A stretch of DNA of 64,000 bases. Source: Bdellovibrionales bacterium (lineage in GTDB: Bacteria > Bdellovibrionota > Bdellovibrionia > Bdellovibrionales > Bdellovibrionaceae). Location of the stretch: NCBI GenBank assembly GCA_043754975.1, contig JAYUTU010000001.1, positions 4,231 through 68,230 on the forward strand, given 5' to 3'. Position numbers and translations under genes: made by a program. Positions 9,773 to 22,660 of this stretch are shown here, piece after piece (the first letter of the stretch is position 1; each line of letters begins with the position of its first letter). Under the pieces are notes generated by a model. The model worked only from the letters and a program-made list of their open reading frames with translations. It was not told where the DNA came from and made no database searches.

Positions 9773-10775
9773 ATTTATTCCTAAATTGAATTTTATTAAA
9801 AGCCCTGCGTGTTCAGGGCTTTTTCTTTTCCTTGTGCTGAGTGTTGCAAGCCTGCCAGGTTGTGATTTTTTTTCGAATCGTGTGCTGAATAAGACTGTCG
9901 TTGAAGTCGGGCGGCACCGAATGACCACACAAGAGTTTTCAAAGCAACTGGCTGCGAAACTAAAAAACCTCGACGCGCTTTCAGCAAAAGATCCAACGAT
10001 TCTCAGTAAATTTAAATCTAAAATTATTTCGGACTTTGTCGTTGAATCACTTATATTAATTTGGTTTGACGAGCAGGGCCTAACCCTAGGAGCCGGAGAA
10101 ATTGAAAAAGAGCTAAAGCTACTACAAAATGGCTACCCTGATGACAAAAGTTTTCGCCTCACTTTGTCCGAAGAATCTATCGCCTATTCCCAGTGGAAAA
10201 AACAAGTTGAACACAGCTTAAAACGAAAAAAGGCTTTCGCGCAGATTAACCAGGGGCTAGCCGTCCCCACGGAAGACGAGCTCCTTTCTTATTACAATAA
10301 CAACAAGGATCGCTACCAGCAGAAAGAGGCCCTGCAGTTAATTCATGTCTTAGTATTAGATGAAAATCAGGCTGAGATTGTTAAGAAATTGACACGTTCG
10401 CAAAATTTTTCTGAAATTGTTAAAAAGTTTTCTATGGGCCCTGACGCAGCATTTGGTGGCAACTACGGCTGGGTCGAGCGCGACGCAAACAGCGAGCTTG
10501 AGCCCTTATTTAAACTGCGTGCTGGGGATATTTCAGTACCAATTAAGCTGCTGGATGGATTTCATATTTTTCGCATCGAGTCTCGGCGTAACCAACGGCA
10601 AAAACTGTTTGCAGAGGTTCGAGAACAAGCAAAAAACGATGTAATTGCGTTGCGCCAGACAGCAAAATTTTCTGCTTGGTTGGATGAACAAATAAAAAAG
10701 TATAAGGTCTTCAAGAACGTACAAGCCATCGATGGGTTATACGTCGAAACCCAAGATGGGCCAGCACAAAAATAG
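9747..10775 (+). CDS. Parvulin-type PPIase/foldase lipoprotein (SurA-N + rotamase)
   Basis: Lipobox-like LPGC; GGNYGW and GFHIF rotamase motifs; exact start uncertain. Confidence 0.85.
   Translation: MLILSWLNKFIPKLNFIKSPACSGLFLFLVLSVASLPGCDFFSNRVLNKTVVEVGRHRMTTQEFSKQLAAKLKNLDALSAKDPTILSKFKSKIISDFVVESLILIWFDEQGLTLGAGEIEKELKLLQNGYPDDKSFRLTLSEESIAYSQWKKQVEHSLKRKKAFAQINQGLAVPTEDELLSYYNNNKDRYQQKEALQLIHVLVLDENQAEIVKKLTRSQNFSEIVKKFSMGPDAAFGGNYGWVERDANSELEPLFKLRAGDISVPIKLLDGFHIFRIESRRNQRQKLFAEVREQAKNDVIALRQTAKFSAWLDEQIKKYKVFKNVQAIDGLYVETQDGPAQK
9798..9830 (+). terminator. Intrinsic terminator-like hairpin inside the 5' end of the second PPIase gene
   Basis: AAAAGCCCTG-cgtgtt-CAGGGCTTTT followed by TCTTTTC, about 25 nt after the stop of the first PPIase. 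Confidence 0.65.
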
Positions 10776-10776
10776 G

Positions 10777-11754
10777 GTGGTAAAGTTGCATTCAAAAATT
10801 TTATTTTTTTCACTGTTGGTTTTAGCTGTCTCTGTCAACGCAGCAAAAGAAGTTGTCGACAAAGTTATCGTTACTGTGAATTCCGAAGTCATTTTGCTGT
10901 CTGATTTAAAAAAGTTGCAGTCTCGAATTGCACGCGCTGGCGCCATTGATGAGTCTCTGCTTCTGGGCGAAAAGTTAGACACATTAAAAAGTAATAAGGC
11001 CAATCAGGTGCAGTTTTTAGTTCGTGAGAAGCTCATCGCTGCAGAAATTAAACGCCAGGGATTATCTGTTTCTAATGAGCGAATTGAAACTGAGATTAAT
11101 CAGATGGCTAAGCGGGGTCAAATGACTCGGCCAGAATTTTCTACTTACTTAAGTAAGCAGGGGTTTTCTATGGACGATTACAAAGACGTTTTGCGCAATA
11201 AGCTTGAGCGCCAATCCTTTTTTGAATCTGAAATTGTTTCGAAACTGCGAATTACCGATGAGGACGCCTACGGGGAATACCAGACAAAAAATCCTAAATA
11301 TAAGCCGAACGTAAATGAATTTAAAATAGCGCAAATATTTTTTGATCCACAGAAAAATGGCGCCGAACCTGCGTTGAGTCGGGCCAAAGCAACTTTGGAA
11401 AAATTAAAATCCGGCGAAAGCTTCGAGTCCGCTGCCAATCGTGACAGCGAAGACGCCTCCGCGAACAAGGATGGTTTGCTTGGAAGTTTTAAAACCGGAG
11501 AATTTAATCCTGAAATTGAGCGCGCTGTCAGCGGTCTTGCCGTTAATGACTACACAGATATCGTTCGCAGCAAGCAGGGCTTTCATATCTTTAAGCTTCT
11601 TTCGAAAAAAACAACTGTGGATCCAGAGTTTTTAAAATACAAAGAGGCCATAAAGGCGTCCTTAATTGAAAAGAATTTTGCGCGCCAACTCAAAAACTGG
11701 TTCGAATCAAAAAAACAAGATGCCTACATTAAAAATTTCGACACCACACTTTAG
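10777..11754 (+). CDS. surA: SurA-like periplasmic chaperone/PPIase
   Basis: VVDKVIVTVNSEVILLSDL SurA N-domain plus one rotamase domain; upstream of pdxA; GTG 10777 chosen, start uncertain. Confidence 0.85.
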   Translation: MVKLHSKILFFSLLVLAVSVNAAKEVVDKVIVTVNSEVILLSDLKKLQSRIARAGAIDESLLLGEKLDTLKSNKANQVQFLVREKLIAAEIKRQGLSVSNERIETEINQMAKRGQMTRPEFSTYLSKQGFSMDDYKDVLRNKLERQSFFESEIVSKLRITDEDAYGEYQTKNPKYKPNVNEFKIAQIFFDPQKNGAEPALSRAKATLEKLKSGESFESAANRDSEDASANKDGLLGSFKTGEFNPEIERAVSGLAVNDYTDIVRSKQGFHIFKLLSKKTTVDPEFLKYKEAIKASLIEKNFARQLKNWFESKKQDAYIKNFDTTL

Positions 11755-12703
11755 AAAAATTGCTCTTACCTCGGGAGACCCGCAAGGAATCGGCCTCGAA
11801 GTTATTGCCAAGGCCCTGCACTCTCTGGGGCCACAGAATAAAACTGTTTTTTTTATTTTTCGAGATAAAAAGCAGACTCAAAAACAGCCGCGCTATTTCA
11901 AGCTTCTGGACCAAAAATTTAATCGTCTCACGTTCACGTCGCTTGATGATTCCCTAAAACATGTCGCTCTGCTGATAGCTAATCGAAAGCTTCCAAAAAA
12001 TATTTTGATTGATCTGGCGCTTAGCAGTTCTGCTGCTCAGTGGGTGTTAACTTCCGCAAAAGCTTGCCTTGATGGTAAGCTAACTAGTCTTGCAACCGCG
12101 CCCATTTCAAAAACTCTCATTAAAAAATCTGGATTTAGTTTCATGGGTCATACCGGGGCTTTTCGACAGCTTTGTCCACAGGCCACTTTACACATGGCCT
12201 TTGTCGGTAAAAAATTTAACGTCCTATTGGCAACAGATCACATCCCACTTGAAAGCGTTGCGAAAAAGTTAAATAAGAAAATTGTATCCGACGCACTTAT
12301 GGCTGCTCGTCAGCTAAAAAAATTAATCCACTCCGAAAAAAAAATTGGCTTATTGGGTCTTAATCCTCATGCCGGCGAGTCCGGACTTATTGGTCGCTTC
12401 GAAGCACATTGTTGTCAAAAATTAGCAAACGATGTTGTTGGTCCTTTGGTGCCAGACGCTGCCTTCTTAAAATCAAACTGGAGTCGTTATTCTGTCTATG
12501 TTTGTCTTTATCACGACCAGGGATTAATACCGTTTAAAATGATTCACGGGCAAGACAGTGGCGTCCATGTAACGCTGGGTTTACCCTTTGTAAGAACAAG
12601 TGTGGATCATGGAACTGCATTTGATATCTACAATAAAAACTTGGCAAATCCGGCCTCTATGATAGATGCTATACGACTTAATTTAAAATTAACCCGAGGT
12701 TAA
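11720..12703 (+). CDS. pdxA: 4-hydroxythreonine-4-phosphate dehydrogenase
   Basis: TSGDPQGIGLE, GHT, GLNPHAGE, YHDQG and RTSVDHGTAFD motifs. Confidence 0.95.
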   Translation: MPTLKISTPHFRKIALTSGDPQGIGLEVIAKALHSLGPQNKTVFFIFRDKKQTQKQPRYFKLLDQKFNRLTFTSLDDSLKHVALLIANRKLPKNILIDLALSSSAAQWVLTSAKACLDGKLTSLATAPISKTLIKKSGFSFMGHTGAFRQLCPQATLHMAFVGKKFNVLLATDHIPLESVAKKLNKKIVSDALMAARQLKKLIHSEKKIGLLGLNPHAGESGLIGRFEAHCCQKLANDVVGPLVPDAAFLKSNWSRYSVYVCLYHDQGLIPFKMIHGQDSGVHVTLGLPFVRTSVDHGTAFDIYNKNLANPASMIDAIRLNLKLTRG

Positions 12704-12705
12704 CA

Positions 12706-14073
12706 ATGTTTGAGCCCGTCATTTTTCGCGAATACGATATCCGTGGCATTTACAATCAACAATTTGATTTAGATTTTGCCTACCAGCTTGGAAAAACATT
12801 TTCTTCCTACGTCTTTAAAAAATCTGGAAAAAAAAGAATGCGCCTATCAGTAGGCTTCGATGCGCGGTTATCATCTGTACCTATCATGGAAAAAGTAACT
12901 CAAGGCATGAAAGAATCAGGCGCTGATGTGTCGGTGCTAGGCCTAGTTACAAGCCCTATGTGCTATTTTTCGACATTTGATTTGGACTTAGACGGCGCTA
13001 TCATGATCACCGGAAGCCATAATCCTCCAAATTTTAATGGCTTCAAAATTTCACTGGGGAAAACAACAATTTTCGGAGATGAAATCCAAGCCCTTAAAAA
13101 AATCATGCAAGAAAAAGATTTCATTGCCGGCGAAGGCTCAATCAAAGTTCACGATATTTTTCCTGCGTATCTAGAGCGTTACAAAAAAGAATTCGGGACA
13201 ATTTCGCCAGTTAAAGTTGTTCTAGATTGTGGAAACGGAGCGGGTGGAGTCATTGCCAGAAAATTATTTAAAGCGGTTGGATTAGAGCCTGAAATTTTAT
13301 TTGAACAGCCGGACGGAATGTTTCCGAATCATCATCCTGATCCGACAGTGGAAGAAAATTTACAGGATCTGGCGAAAAGAGTCCGTGAAACTGGGGCTAT
13401 CGCTGGAATTGGTTTTGACGGAGACGCTGACCGCATTGGAGTCGTGGACCACACTGGGAAAATGATTTACGGCGACGAGCTTATGACAATTTATGCACGA
13501 TCTATTTTGGCTACAAACAAAGGCGCAAAAATTGTTGGCGATGTAAAGTGTTCGGATTTTATGTACGCTGATATTGCAAAGCACGGCGGTGAGCCCATTC
13601 TTTGGAAAACGGGTCACAGCTTAGTTAAAGAAAAAATTAAATCTGAAAAGGCGCCATTTGGTGGCGAGATGAGCGGGCACATTTTTTTCGCTGATCGTAA
13701 CTACGGATACGATGATGCTCCCTATGCTGGATTACGCCTATGCGAAATTTTAGCGAAGAGCGGAAAAAATCTTCAGCAGCTGCTTGAGGGCTTCCCAAAG
13801 GCCTTCAATACTCCAGAAATTCGTATCGATACCACAGAAGAAAAAAAGGTGTTGATCGTAGAAAAGGTAAAAGAAAAATTTCAATCGTTGAAAGATCCAG
13901 GGATCAAAGTAAATTTAATTGATGGAATACGAATTAGCTATCCCGATGGATGGGCTTTAGCGCGGTCATCAAATACTCAGCCGGTAATTGTGGTCCGTTT
14001 TGAATCAAACACTGCAGATGGTTTAAAACGCATTCAAGACTCAGTCATGAGTGTTGTGAATAAATATTTATAA
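12706..14073 (+). CDS. Phosphomannomutase/phosphoglucomutase (AlgC-like)
   Basis: FREYDIRG, TGSHNP, FDGDADR and GEMSGH motifs. Confidence 0.96.
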   Translation: MFEPVIFREYDIRGIYNQQFDLDFAYQLGKTFSSYVFKKSGKKRMRLSVGFDARLSSVPIMEKVTQGMKESGADVSVLGLVTSPMCYFSTFDLDLDGAIMITGSHNPPNFNGFKISLGKTTIFGDEIQALKKIMQEKDFIAGEGSIKVHDIFPAYLERYKKEFGTISPVKVVLDCGNGAGGVIARKLFKAVGLEPEILFEQPDGMFPNHHPDPTVEENLQDLAKRVRETGAIAGIGFDGDADRIGVVDHTGKMIYGDELMTIYARSILATNKGAKIVGDVKCSDFMYADIAKHGGEPILWKTGHSLVKEKIKSEKAPFGGEMSGHIFFADRNYGYDDAPYAGLRLCEILAKSGKNLQQLLEGFPKAFNTPEIRIDTTEEKKVLIVEKVKEKFQSLKDPGIKVNLIDGIRISYPDGWALARSSNTQPVIVVRFESNTADGLKRIQDSVMSVVNKYL

Positions 14074-14096
14074 AAATAATTTTGAGTGACTACAAA

Positions 14097-14130
14097 ATAA
14101 AAAAGCCACCGTTTCGGGTGGCTTTTTTAT
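14097..14130. terminator. Bidirectional intrinsic terminator between PMM/PGM and atpE
   Basis: ATAAAAAAGCCACC-gtttcg-GGTGGCTTTTTTAT between convergent genes. Confidence 0.92.
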
Positions 14131-14150
14131 TTACATTTCGCTCTCTAAAA

Positions 14151-14465
14151 TTAGAAGCCGAATTTTGCTGCTGGAATTTTAATGAAGGCAACTAGGAATG
14201 CTAAGATAACTAGTGACTCGATTAATGCTAAAGATAAAATAAGTGGTGTAAATAACTTATCTGCTGCCGCTGGATTGCGAGCGATACCTTCTAAAGCCGC
14301 TGCTGCTGCCTTACCTTGAGCTGATGTTCCGCCCAATACTGCCAAACCAATTGCTAAGCTTGCGCCGATAGCTACTAGTCCACTTGCTACGCCCATTGTA
14401 GATCCGTCTTGTGCGAAAGCTACAGAAGCCATTGTTGTTACTACGAATAGTAATACCTTTTTCAT
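14151..14465 (-). CDS. atpE: F0 ATP synthase subunit c with N-terminal signal-peptide-like extension
   Basis: GIARNP loop; LALIESLVI ion-binding Glu. Confidence 0.96.
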   Translation of the reverse strand: MKKVLLFVVTTMASVAFAQDGSTMGVASGLVAIGASLAIGLAVLGGTSAQGKAAAAALEGIARNPAAADKLFTPLILSLALIESLVILAFLVAFIKIPAAKFGF

Positions 14466-14480
14466 GTTTTCTCCTTTTGT

Positions 14481-15167
14481 TTAGTGGTCACTAGCTGTTG
14501 CAAGAGCTACATAGACCATTGATAACAAAGTAAATACGAACGCCTGAATGGTGCACACAAGCAAACCCATTGCATAGAATGGAATTGCCGGGCCAACAGG
14601 AAACAAACCTAAAAATACAGATAAAACCGTGTGATCGCCCGTCATTACATTCGCAAGTCGCAGACCCAACGTTAATGGACGAATAACGTGGGAGATAACT
14701 TCAATGATCAGCATCAGGGGCGCTAGCCACATAACTGGTCCTAAAAAGTGTTTCAAATATCCTATTCCGCCCTCTTTCAAGCCCACAACATTGTAAGCTA
14801 AAAAAGAAAATATGCCGAAAGCAAATGTCGTATTAAAATTTTCTGTTGCCGGGGTCATTCCGGGAATTAATCCAATTAAATTATTGAATAAAATGAATGT
14901 GAAAATCGCAGCAAAGTACGGCGCGAATGCGCGGCCGTGGTGGCCAATGATCTGAGTTGCCAATCCACCAATGTATTCTGTGAAAATTTCAAAAATTCCA
15001 CGTAACGAAAGCTTATTCGTCGGAATTATTGCAGCATCACCTTTTCCTAAAGTAGAAACTGCGCGCATTCCCATCAGCATAATTAAAGCCGACGCCAAAA
15101 TTAGGGTGGCTACGTGTGTGTAGTGATGTCCAACGCCCGGAATTAACTGAGTCCAATTAAAATGCAT
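14481..15167 (-). CDS. atpB: F0 ATP synthase subunit a
   Basis: NLIGLIPG, RPLTLGLRL and IQAFVFTLLS motifs. Confidence 0.96.
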   Translation of the reverse strand: MHFNWTQLIPGVGHHYTHVATLILASALIMLMGMRAVSTLGKGDAAIIPTNKLSLRGIFEIFTEYIGGLATQIIGHHGRAFAPYFAAIFTFILFNNLIGLIPGMTPATENFNTTFAFGIFSFLAYNVVGLKEGGIGYLKHFLGPVMWLAPLMLIIEVISHVIRPLTLGLRLANVMTGDHTVLSVFLGLFPVGPAIPFYAMGLLVCTIQAFVFTLLSMVYVALATASDH

Positions 15168-15206
15168 GCGGCCCTCATTTTTTTCTTTAAGTTTCTGAAA
15201 CTGCTT

Positions 15207-15557
15207 CTAAGGCGCTTTTCTAACAAAACTTTTGACCACTGTCATGCTTAGTATCGCTAAAAGTAGCGTCGATAAGCCCAGGATAAAGCCCACAGGATTC
15301 AGCCAGTCAGATTTGGATAGCGCCAAAAACAAATATCCCAACACGACATACTTTATGAGGATTGCAAAGACCGCCAATGCGATAGATTTTTTGGCAAAAA
15401 TGCGACTCCAGACAAAATAAAGCCCCAAAAGATTTACCAGCATCAAGATTCCGCCGCAGAGACAGCTTAGCGCCGCCTGGTAACTGCTAAAAACCCACAA
15501 CAGCGTCGATAAAAATACAACATAAGCACCAAGTGTTATTGCTGTTAATTTAATCAC
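15207..15557 (-). CDS. atpI: ATP synthase protein I-like (4 TM)
   Basis: Small 4-TM protein directly upstream of atpB. Confidence 0.75.
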   Translation of the reverse strand: MIKLTAITLGAYVVFLSTLLWVFSSYQAALSCLCGGILMLVNLLGLYFVWSRIFAKKSIALAVFAILIKYVVLGYLFLALSKSDWLNPVGFILGLSTLLLAILSMTVVKSFVRKAP

Positions 15558-15744
15558 CCCGTAAACCCTTTAGTTTCACAATCAGGCTTGCGAACCAGAT
15601 AAAGAACGCAACGACAACTGCGATGGCCTGCGCTCCGCCGTAACCTTTTTGCTCGAGCCAGCTGCCTAGCCATAGTGATAACAAAATCAGGCTAATAAGT
15701 TCAAAGCCAATCGCCGCAAATACAATATACTTATTTTTCCTCAT
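15550..15744 (-). CDS. AtpZ/AtpI-family small membrane protein
   Basis: 64 aa, 2 TM, IGFEL...WLGSWLE pattern; upstream of atpI. Confidence 0.7.
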   Translation of the reverse strand: MRKNKYIVFAAIGFELISLILLSLWLGSWLEQKGYGGAQAIAVVVAFFIWFASLIVKLKGLRGD

Positions 15745-16598
15745 TACTTTCTACGCCCCCGAGATAACGGTTTATTTGCAACTTTTTCCTTTAATCTTTT
15801 TTCTCGAAGCTCTAAATAAGAAATGTCCTTAATTTTACTTCGATATTTTTCTAAATAAGCAAGAGCTCCGGCATAGTCTTCTTTTTCTTCAAACGCGATT
15901 GAGCTCGCAATGTATAAGTTCTCGTCACTAAAATATTTCTCGTCTAGCTTTCGAATTTCTTCATAGATTAATAGGGCTTCATCACGCCTTTGTCTTGCCA
16001 TCAAAACCTCAGACTTTAGTTTAAGAAAATACTTGCGCTCCTGAGTTACATTTTTTAATGCGCTATCGATATATTCTAAGGCTGTTGCTGCATTGCCAGT
16101 TAAAAATTGAGCTTGCGCTATCCGAAGCTTCACCTTTTCCTTTTGCTCTGAACTTAAGTTAAGTTGCTCAAGAATAAGAAGCTCACTAAGTGCCTGTGAA
16201 TAATTTTGTAAGTTTTCTAGATTAATTTCTGCAACAGCTTCTTGGGCGCCGATTCGTTGTTTTGAATCCTGAGATTTCAAAATGACTTCGCGGTACAGAC
16301 GAATTGCTCGCTCAAAATCTTGAATTTCGAAGCGAGAAATTCGGGCTGCCTCAATCAGGGCCTTTGTTTTCTTTTTATCATTTTTTTCAAGTTTTGCCGA
16401 TTGCTCTAGTAGGCTAATGGCTATGCGGAAGTGTCCATTTTCAATCTCAGAGTAGGCCTCATTATAAAGCTTGTCCGACTGGGGTGAGCACGAAACCATC
16501 GTCGAAAAAGCGATGGCGCTCGTAAGCAGCGCCATCCCAACTTTACCACTAAAATAAGTTTTAATGAATTTCTTCGCCAGCTTTTTCTTCATCTTCAA
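15744..16598 (-). CDS. TPR-repeat probable lipoprotein
   Basis: Repeated helical A..LY/AL..Y TPR pattern; lipobox-like MVSC; alternative start ATG 16535; stop overlaps the atpZ start (TAATG). Confidence 0.8.
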   Translation of the reverse strand: MKMKKKLAKKFIKTYFSGKVGMALLTSAIAFSTMVSCSPQSDKLYNEAYSEIENGHFRIAISLLEQSAKLEKNDKKKTKALIEAARISRFEIQDFERAIRLYREVILKSQDSKQRIGAQEAVAEINLENLQNYSQALSELLILEQLNLSSEQKEKVKLRIAQAQFLTGNAATALEYIDSALKNVTQERKYFLKLKSEVLMARQRRDEALLIYEEIRKLDEKYFSDENLYIASSIAFEEKEDYAGALAYLEKYRSKIKDISYLELREKRLKEKVANKPLSRGRRK

Positions 16599-19026
16599 TT
16601 ACAGCAAGGCCCGATACGAATTCTTGTTTTTCATCTAAGTTGATTAGTCGTACGCCTTGCGTGTTTCGACCCAATACAGAAATGTCTGAAATTTTCATTC
16701 GAATAACCTGACCCTGATCCGTAGACAAAATTAACTCATGCGTTGCTGAAACTTTTTTAGTCCCAATAACTACGCCCACTTTGTCTGTGGTTTTTTGAGT
16801 AATTATACCGACTCCGCCACGGCCCTGAGTGCGATACTCCGAAACCTCAGATCGCTTGCCGTAACCCTTCGATGTCACCATTAAAATAGTGTCCTTCGTA
16901 TCTTTTTCAAGAACAATCATGTCAACAACGGCATCTTCTTTAGAAAGCGTAACGCCCTTCACACCACGAGCAGACCTGCCCATGCCACGCACGTCTTCCT
17001 CATTGAAGCGTATCGACATGCCCTCTTTGGTTGCGATAAAAATGTCACTTGAGCCATTAGAAATTTTTGCGGCCACAACTTGATCTTCTAGATCGGTTGT
17101 TAATGCAATAATTCCGGCTTGGCGTGGGTTAGAAAACGCATCTAAGGATGTTTTTTTAATAATTCCTTTTTCAGTTATCAAAACGACATACTGATTTTCA
17201 CTGAACACATCGATTGGTAAAATTGCTTTTACTTTTTCGCCAGCTGCTAGGTTAACAACGTTCGCTAAAGATTTACCTTTTGATGTGCGGCTACCTAATG
17301 GAAGGCGGTGAACCTTGCACCAGTAAACTTTTCCCTTATCAGTAAATACCAGCAGCTGAGTTTTTGTTGAGGCTGTGAACAAGTCGGTGACGTAATCCTC
17401 TTCGCGAGTTTCCATGCCTTTAAGGCCTTTGCCGCCGCGCTTTTGCACGCGATACTCTTCAGTAGAAATTCGCTTGATGTAACCTGTGTTTGTCACAGTA
17501 ACCACCATTGGCTCATCCTGGATTAGATCCTCATCTTCAATGTCTGTTAAGTCGCCCGTAATTTCAGTGCGGCGCTTATCCGCATAGCGCTTCTTAATGT
17601 CTTCCAGTTCAGAGACAATAATTTTATAAATTTCTTTTACGTCCGCTAAAATAAACTTTAGCCACTCAACAAGTTTTACTAATTCAGCAAGTTCATTCAA
17701 TATTTTGTCACGCTCAAGACCAGTTAAGCGCTGTAGGCGCATTTCCAAAATAGCGATTGCTTGACGCTCGCTAAATCCAAACTTTGATACTAAGGCTTCG
17801 CGCGCGACTTGGGGCTCTTTTGATGCCTTGATAGTTGCAATAACGGCATCAATTTGATCGAGTGCCTTTTTCAGACCCTCAAGAATATGGGCGCGCTCTT
17901 GTGCTTTTTTTAATTCGAAAATAGACCGCTTAGTGACGACATCACGTCTGTGGTCTACAAAGGCCTCTAACATTTTTTTCAAATCGAATGTGATTGGCTG
18001 ATTTTTTGAGTCTAGCGCCAACATGTTTATACCAAAGCTTACCTGCAGCTGGGTAAATTTCAAAAGTCTATTTAAAACTACAGATGCATTTTCACCGCGC
18101 TTTAAAACAATCACCACGCGCATACCCTCGCGTGAAGACTCGTCGCGAATATCGGAAATACCCTCAACAGTCTTTTCACGAACCAGGTCCGCAATAGTTT
18201 CAATAAGCTTTGCTTTATTAACCTGATACGGAAGCTCGTTAACAATTATTTCTTCGTGGTCTTTTTTAGTTTCGATGTCTGTTTTTGCTTTTACAGTAAT
18301 TATTCCGCGGCCCTTTTTGTAAGCCTGTAAAATTCCAGCGCGTCCAGCAATCTGGCCCGCCGTCGGAAAATCGGGTCCGGGAATTCTTTCGATTAATTCT
18401 TCAATTTCACAGTTTGGATTTTGAATCAGGTGAATGCAGCCATCAATAACTTCGCCCAAATTGTGCGGCGGAATATTTGTGGCCATGCCAACTGCAATTC
18501 CAGAGGAGCCATTGACCAGCAAGTTGGGAAATTTCGCAGGTAGTACCAACGGAATTTCTAATGAGTCATCGTAATTTGGGCCAAAAGGAACTGTTTCCTT
18601 TTCAATGTCCGCAAGTAATTCTTCTGCCAAGCGAGTCATGCGCACCTCAGTGTACCTGGATGCTGCTGCCGAATCTCCGTCTATCGAGCCGAAGTTTCCT
18701 TGGCCATCAATAAGCGGGTAGCGCAAAGAAAAATCTTGCGCCATGCGGACCATTGTTTCATAAACCGCCAAATCACCATGCGGGTGATATTTTCCGATGA
18801 CGTCGCCCACGATACGCGCTGATTTTTTATAAGGCTTGTCGTGCGTGTTACTTAGTTCGTGCTGTGCAAACAAAATGCGGCGGTGAACTGGTTTTAAACC
18901 ATCGCGCACATCTGGCAAAGCTCGGCCCACAATAACAGACATCGAGTACTGCAAATACGCTTCGCGCATTTCTTTGTTGATATCGACATTTGTTATGCCT
19001 TTTACATCATTATTATCCATGCTCAT
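16561..19026 (-). CDS. gyrA: DNA gyrase subunit A
   Basis: [25 protein letters not shown] catalytic Tyr and GyrA-box QKRGGKG. Confidence 0.99.
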   Translation of the reverse strand: MSMDNNDVKGITNVDINKEMREAYLQYSMSVIVGRALPDVRDGLKPVHRRILFAQHELSNTHDKPYKKSARIVGDVIGKYHPHGDLAVYETMVRMAQDFSLRYPLIDGQGNFGSIDGDSAAASRYTEVRMTRLAEELLADIEKETVPFGPNYDDSLEIPLVLPAKFPNLLVNGSSGIAVGMATNIPPHNLGEVIDGCIHLIQNPNCEIEELIERIPGPDFPTAGQIAGRAGILQAYKKGRGIITVKAKTDIETKKDHEEIIVNELPYQVNKAKLIETIADLVREKTVEGISDIRDESSREGMRVVIVLKRGENASVVLNRLLKFTQLQVSFGINMLALDSKNQPITFDLKKMLEAFVDHRRDVVTKRSIFELKKAQERAHILEGLKKALDQIDAVIATIKASKEPQVAREALVSKFGFSERQAIAILEMRLQRLTGLERDKILNELAELVKLVEWLKFILADVKEIYKIIVSELEDIKKRYADKRRTEITGDLTDIEDEDLIQDEPMVVTVTNTGYIKRISTEEYRVQKRGGKGLKGMETREEDYVTDLFTASTKTQLLVFTDKGKVYWCKVHRLPLGSRTSKGKSLANVVNLAAGEKVKAILPIDVFSENQYVVLITEKGIIKKTSLDAFSNPRQAGIIALTTDLEDQVVAAKISNGSSDIFIATKEGMSIRFNEEDVRGMGRSARGVKGVTLSKEDAVVDMIVLEKDTKDTILMVTSKGYGKRSEVSEYRTQGRGGVGIITQKTTDKVGVVIGTKKVSATHELILSTDQGQVIRMKISDISVLGRNTQGVRLINLDEKQEFVSGLAVIEDEEKAGEEIH

Positions 19027-19028
19027 CC

Positions 19029-21464
<2,436 letters not shown>

Positions 21465-21501
21465 TTACTCAGTAAAAAAGATTTCAACATTAATCACAGT
21501 T

Positions 21502-21510
21502 TTATCCACA
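21502..21510 (+). promoter_or_regulatory. Perfect DnaA box in the recF-gyrB spacer
   Basis: TTATCCACA, intergenic, about 46 nt upstream of the gyrB start. Confidence 0.7.
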
Positions 21511-21516
21511 GAAAAA

Positions 21517-22644
21517 TTATGAGTCTTTTAAAATTTTTCCTGCATGAACGTGAAACACCTGACTTTTTTCCATACGTAGCTTTTTTAAGATGGTGATATC
21601 GGTTGTGGTAACAAACGTCTGAGTTTCGATTTGATTCAAGGTCGAAATTAACGACTCTTGCTTGGTCAAATCAAGCTCAGATAAAACATCATCTAAAAGC
21701 AAGATTGGATAAAATCCGTGAACCTTATGATGATACACAATTTGAGCCATTTTGAAAGCTAATATGATGGATCTTTGCTGCCCTTGCGAACAAAAAAATC
21801 GTGAGTCTTTTCCATTATATAGGAAAATCACGTCATGCTTTTGTGGGCCGATTAATGAGGCCCCAGATTTAAGCTCAGCAAAAGCCAAATCTGCATGCCG
21901 TTTATGCAAAAAATCAAATATTTCTTGGGCACTTTCGTCTTTGAAAATTCGCTCAGAAATGATGTAGCTAAAATCGAACTGGGCGGCTGCCTCAGCGTGA
22001 ATTTTGGACAGGGTAGCTGAAACCTCAGGTTGTATGTTTTTAAGCGCCTGCAGGCGCAGGAACGTTAGCTCAGAGGCAAGTTTTAAATAAATAGGATTAA
22101 GGCTTTCCAGGGTTTGGATTCCTAAATCGCGCTCCATTTTTTCCGTCGCGATATCTTTTAGAATTTTATTTCTAGTTTTTAGGGCTTTTTTAAAATCAGT
22201 AACCAGCCGTTTTCCAAAAGTAAACGTCTGCATAAGAATCTGATCTAGTAGCTGGCGGCGATGATCAGAGCTTTCTTTAATGCTGTTTAAACTTTCTGGA
22301 GAAAACAGTATTGCTGGTGGTAATTCCGCATTTATCTGTGATGTTTTCTTTTCATTAATTAAAAAACTTTTGGTGTTTTGAGTTAGGTGTATTCGTAAAT
22401 TGTAGTCTAAGTTTTTATTTTCTATAAAACATTTCAGTAATGCTTCGTTTTTATTTTCTTGAATTAAAGTGTCATAGCGAGAATACCGAAAGCTTTCACC
22501 TTCAATTATTAAATAAATGGCCTCAAGTAAATTGGTTTTTCCCTGGCCATTTTCACCAACAAAGATATTAAGCCGATCCGAAAAATCGATATGCAGAGCT
22601 TCTAAATTACGAAAATTCGTAATATTTGCATGACGAATTTTCAT
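21517..22644 (-). CDS. recF: DNA replication/repair protein RecF
   Basis: NFRN, GENGQGKTN, SQGQQR and LLLDDVLSELD motifs. Confidence 0.97.
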   Translation of the reverse strand: MKIRHANITNFRNLEALHIDFSDRLNIFVGENGQGKTNLLEAIYLIIEGESFRYSRYDTLIQENKNEALLKCFIENKNLDYNLRIHLTQNTKSFLINEKKTSQINAELPPAILFSPESLNSIKESSDHRRQLLDQILMQTFTFGKRLVTDFKKALKTRNKILKDIATEKMERDLGIQTLESLNPIYLKLASELTFLRLQALKNIQPEVSATLSKIHAEAAAQFDFSYIISERIFKDESAQEIFDFLHKRHADLAFAELKSGASLIGPQKHDVIFLYNGKDSRFFCSQGQQRSIILAFKMAQIVYHHKVHGFYPILLLDDVLSELDLTKQESLISTLNQIETQTFVTTTDITILKKLRMEKSQVFHVHAGKILKDS

Positions 22645-22660
22645 AAAACTCTTTCTTAGA

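Noticed and set aside
21542-21557. parS half-site ACGTGAAACA in the recF 3' end
   Set aside because: The left arm has five mismatches and is not palindromic
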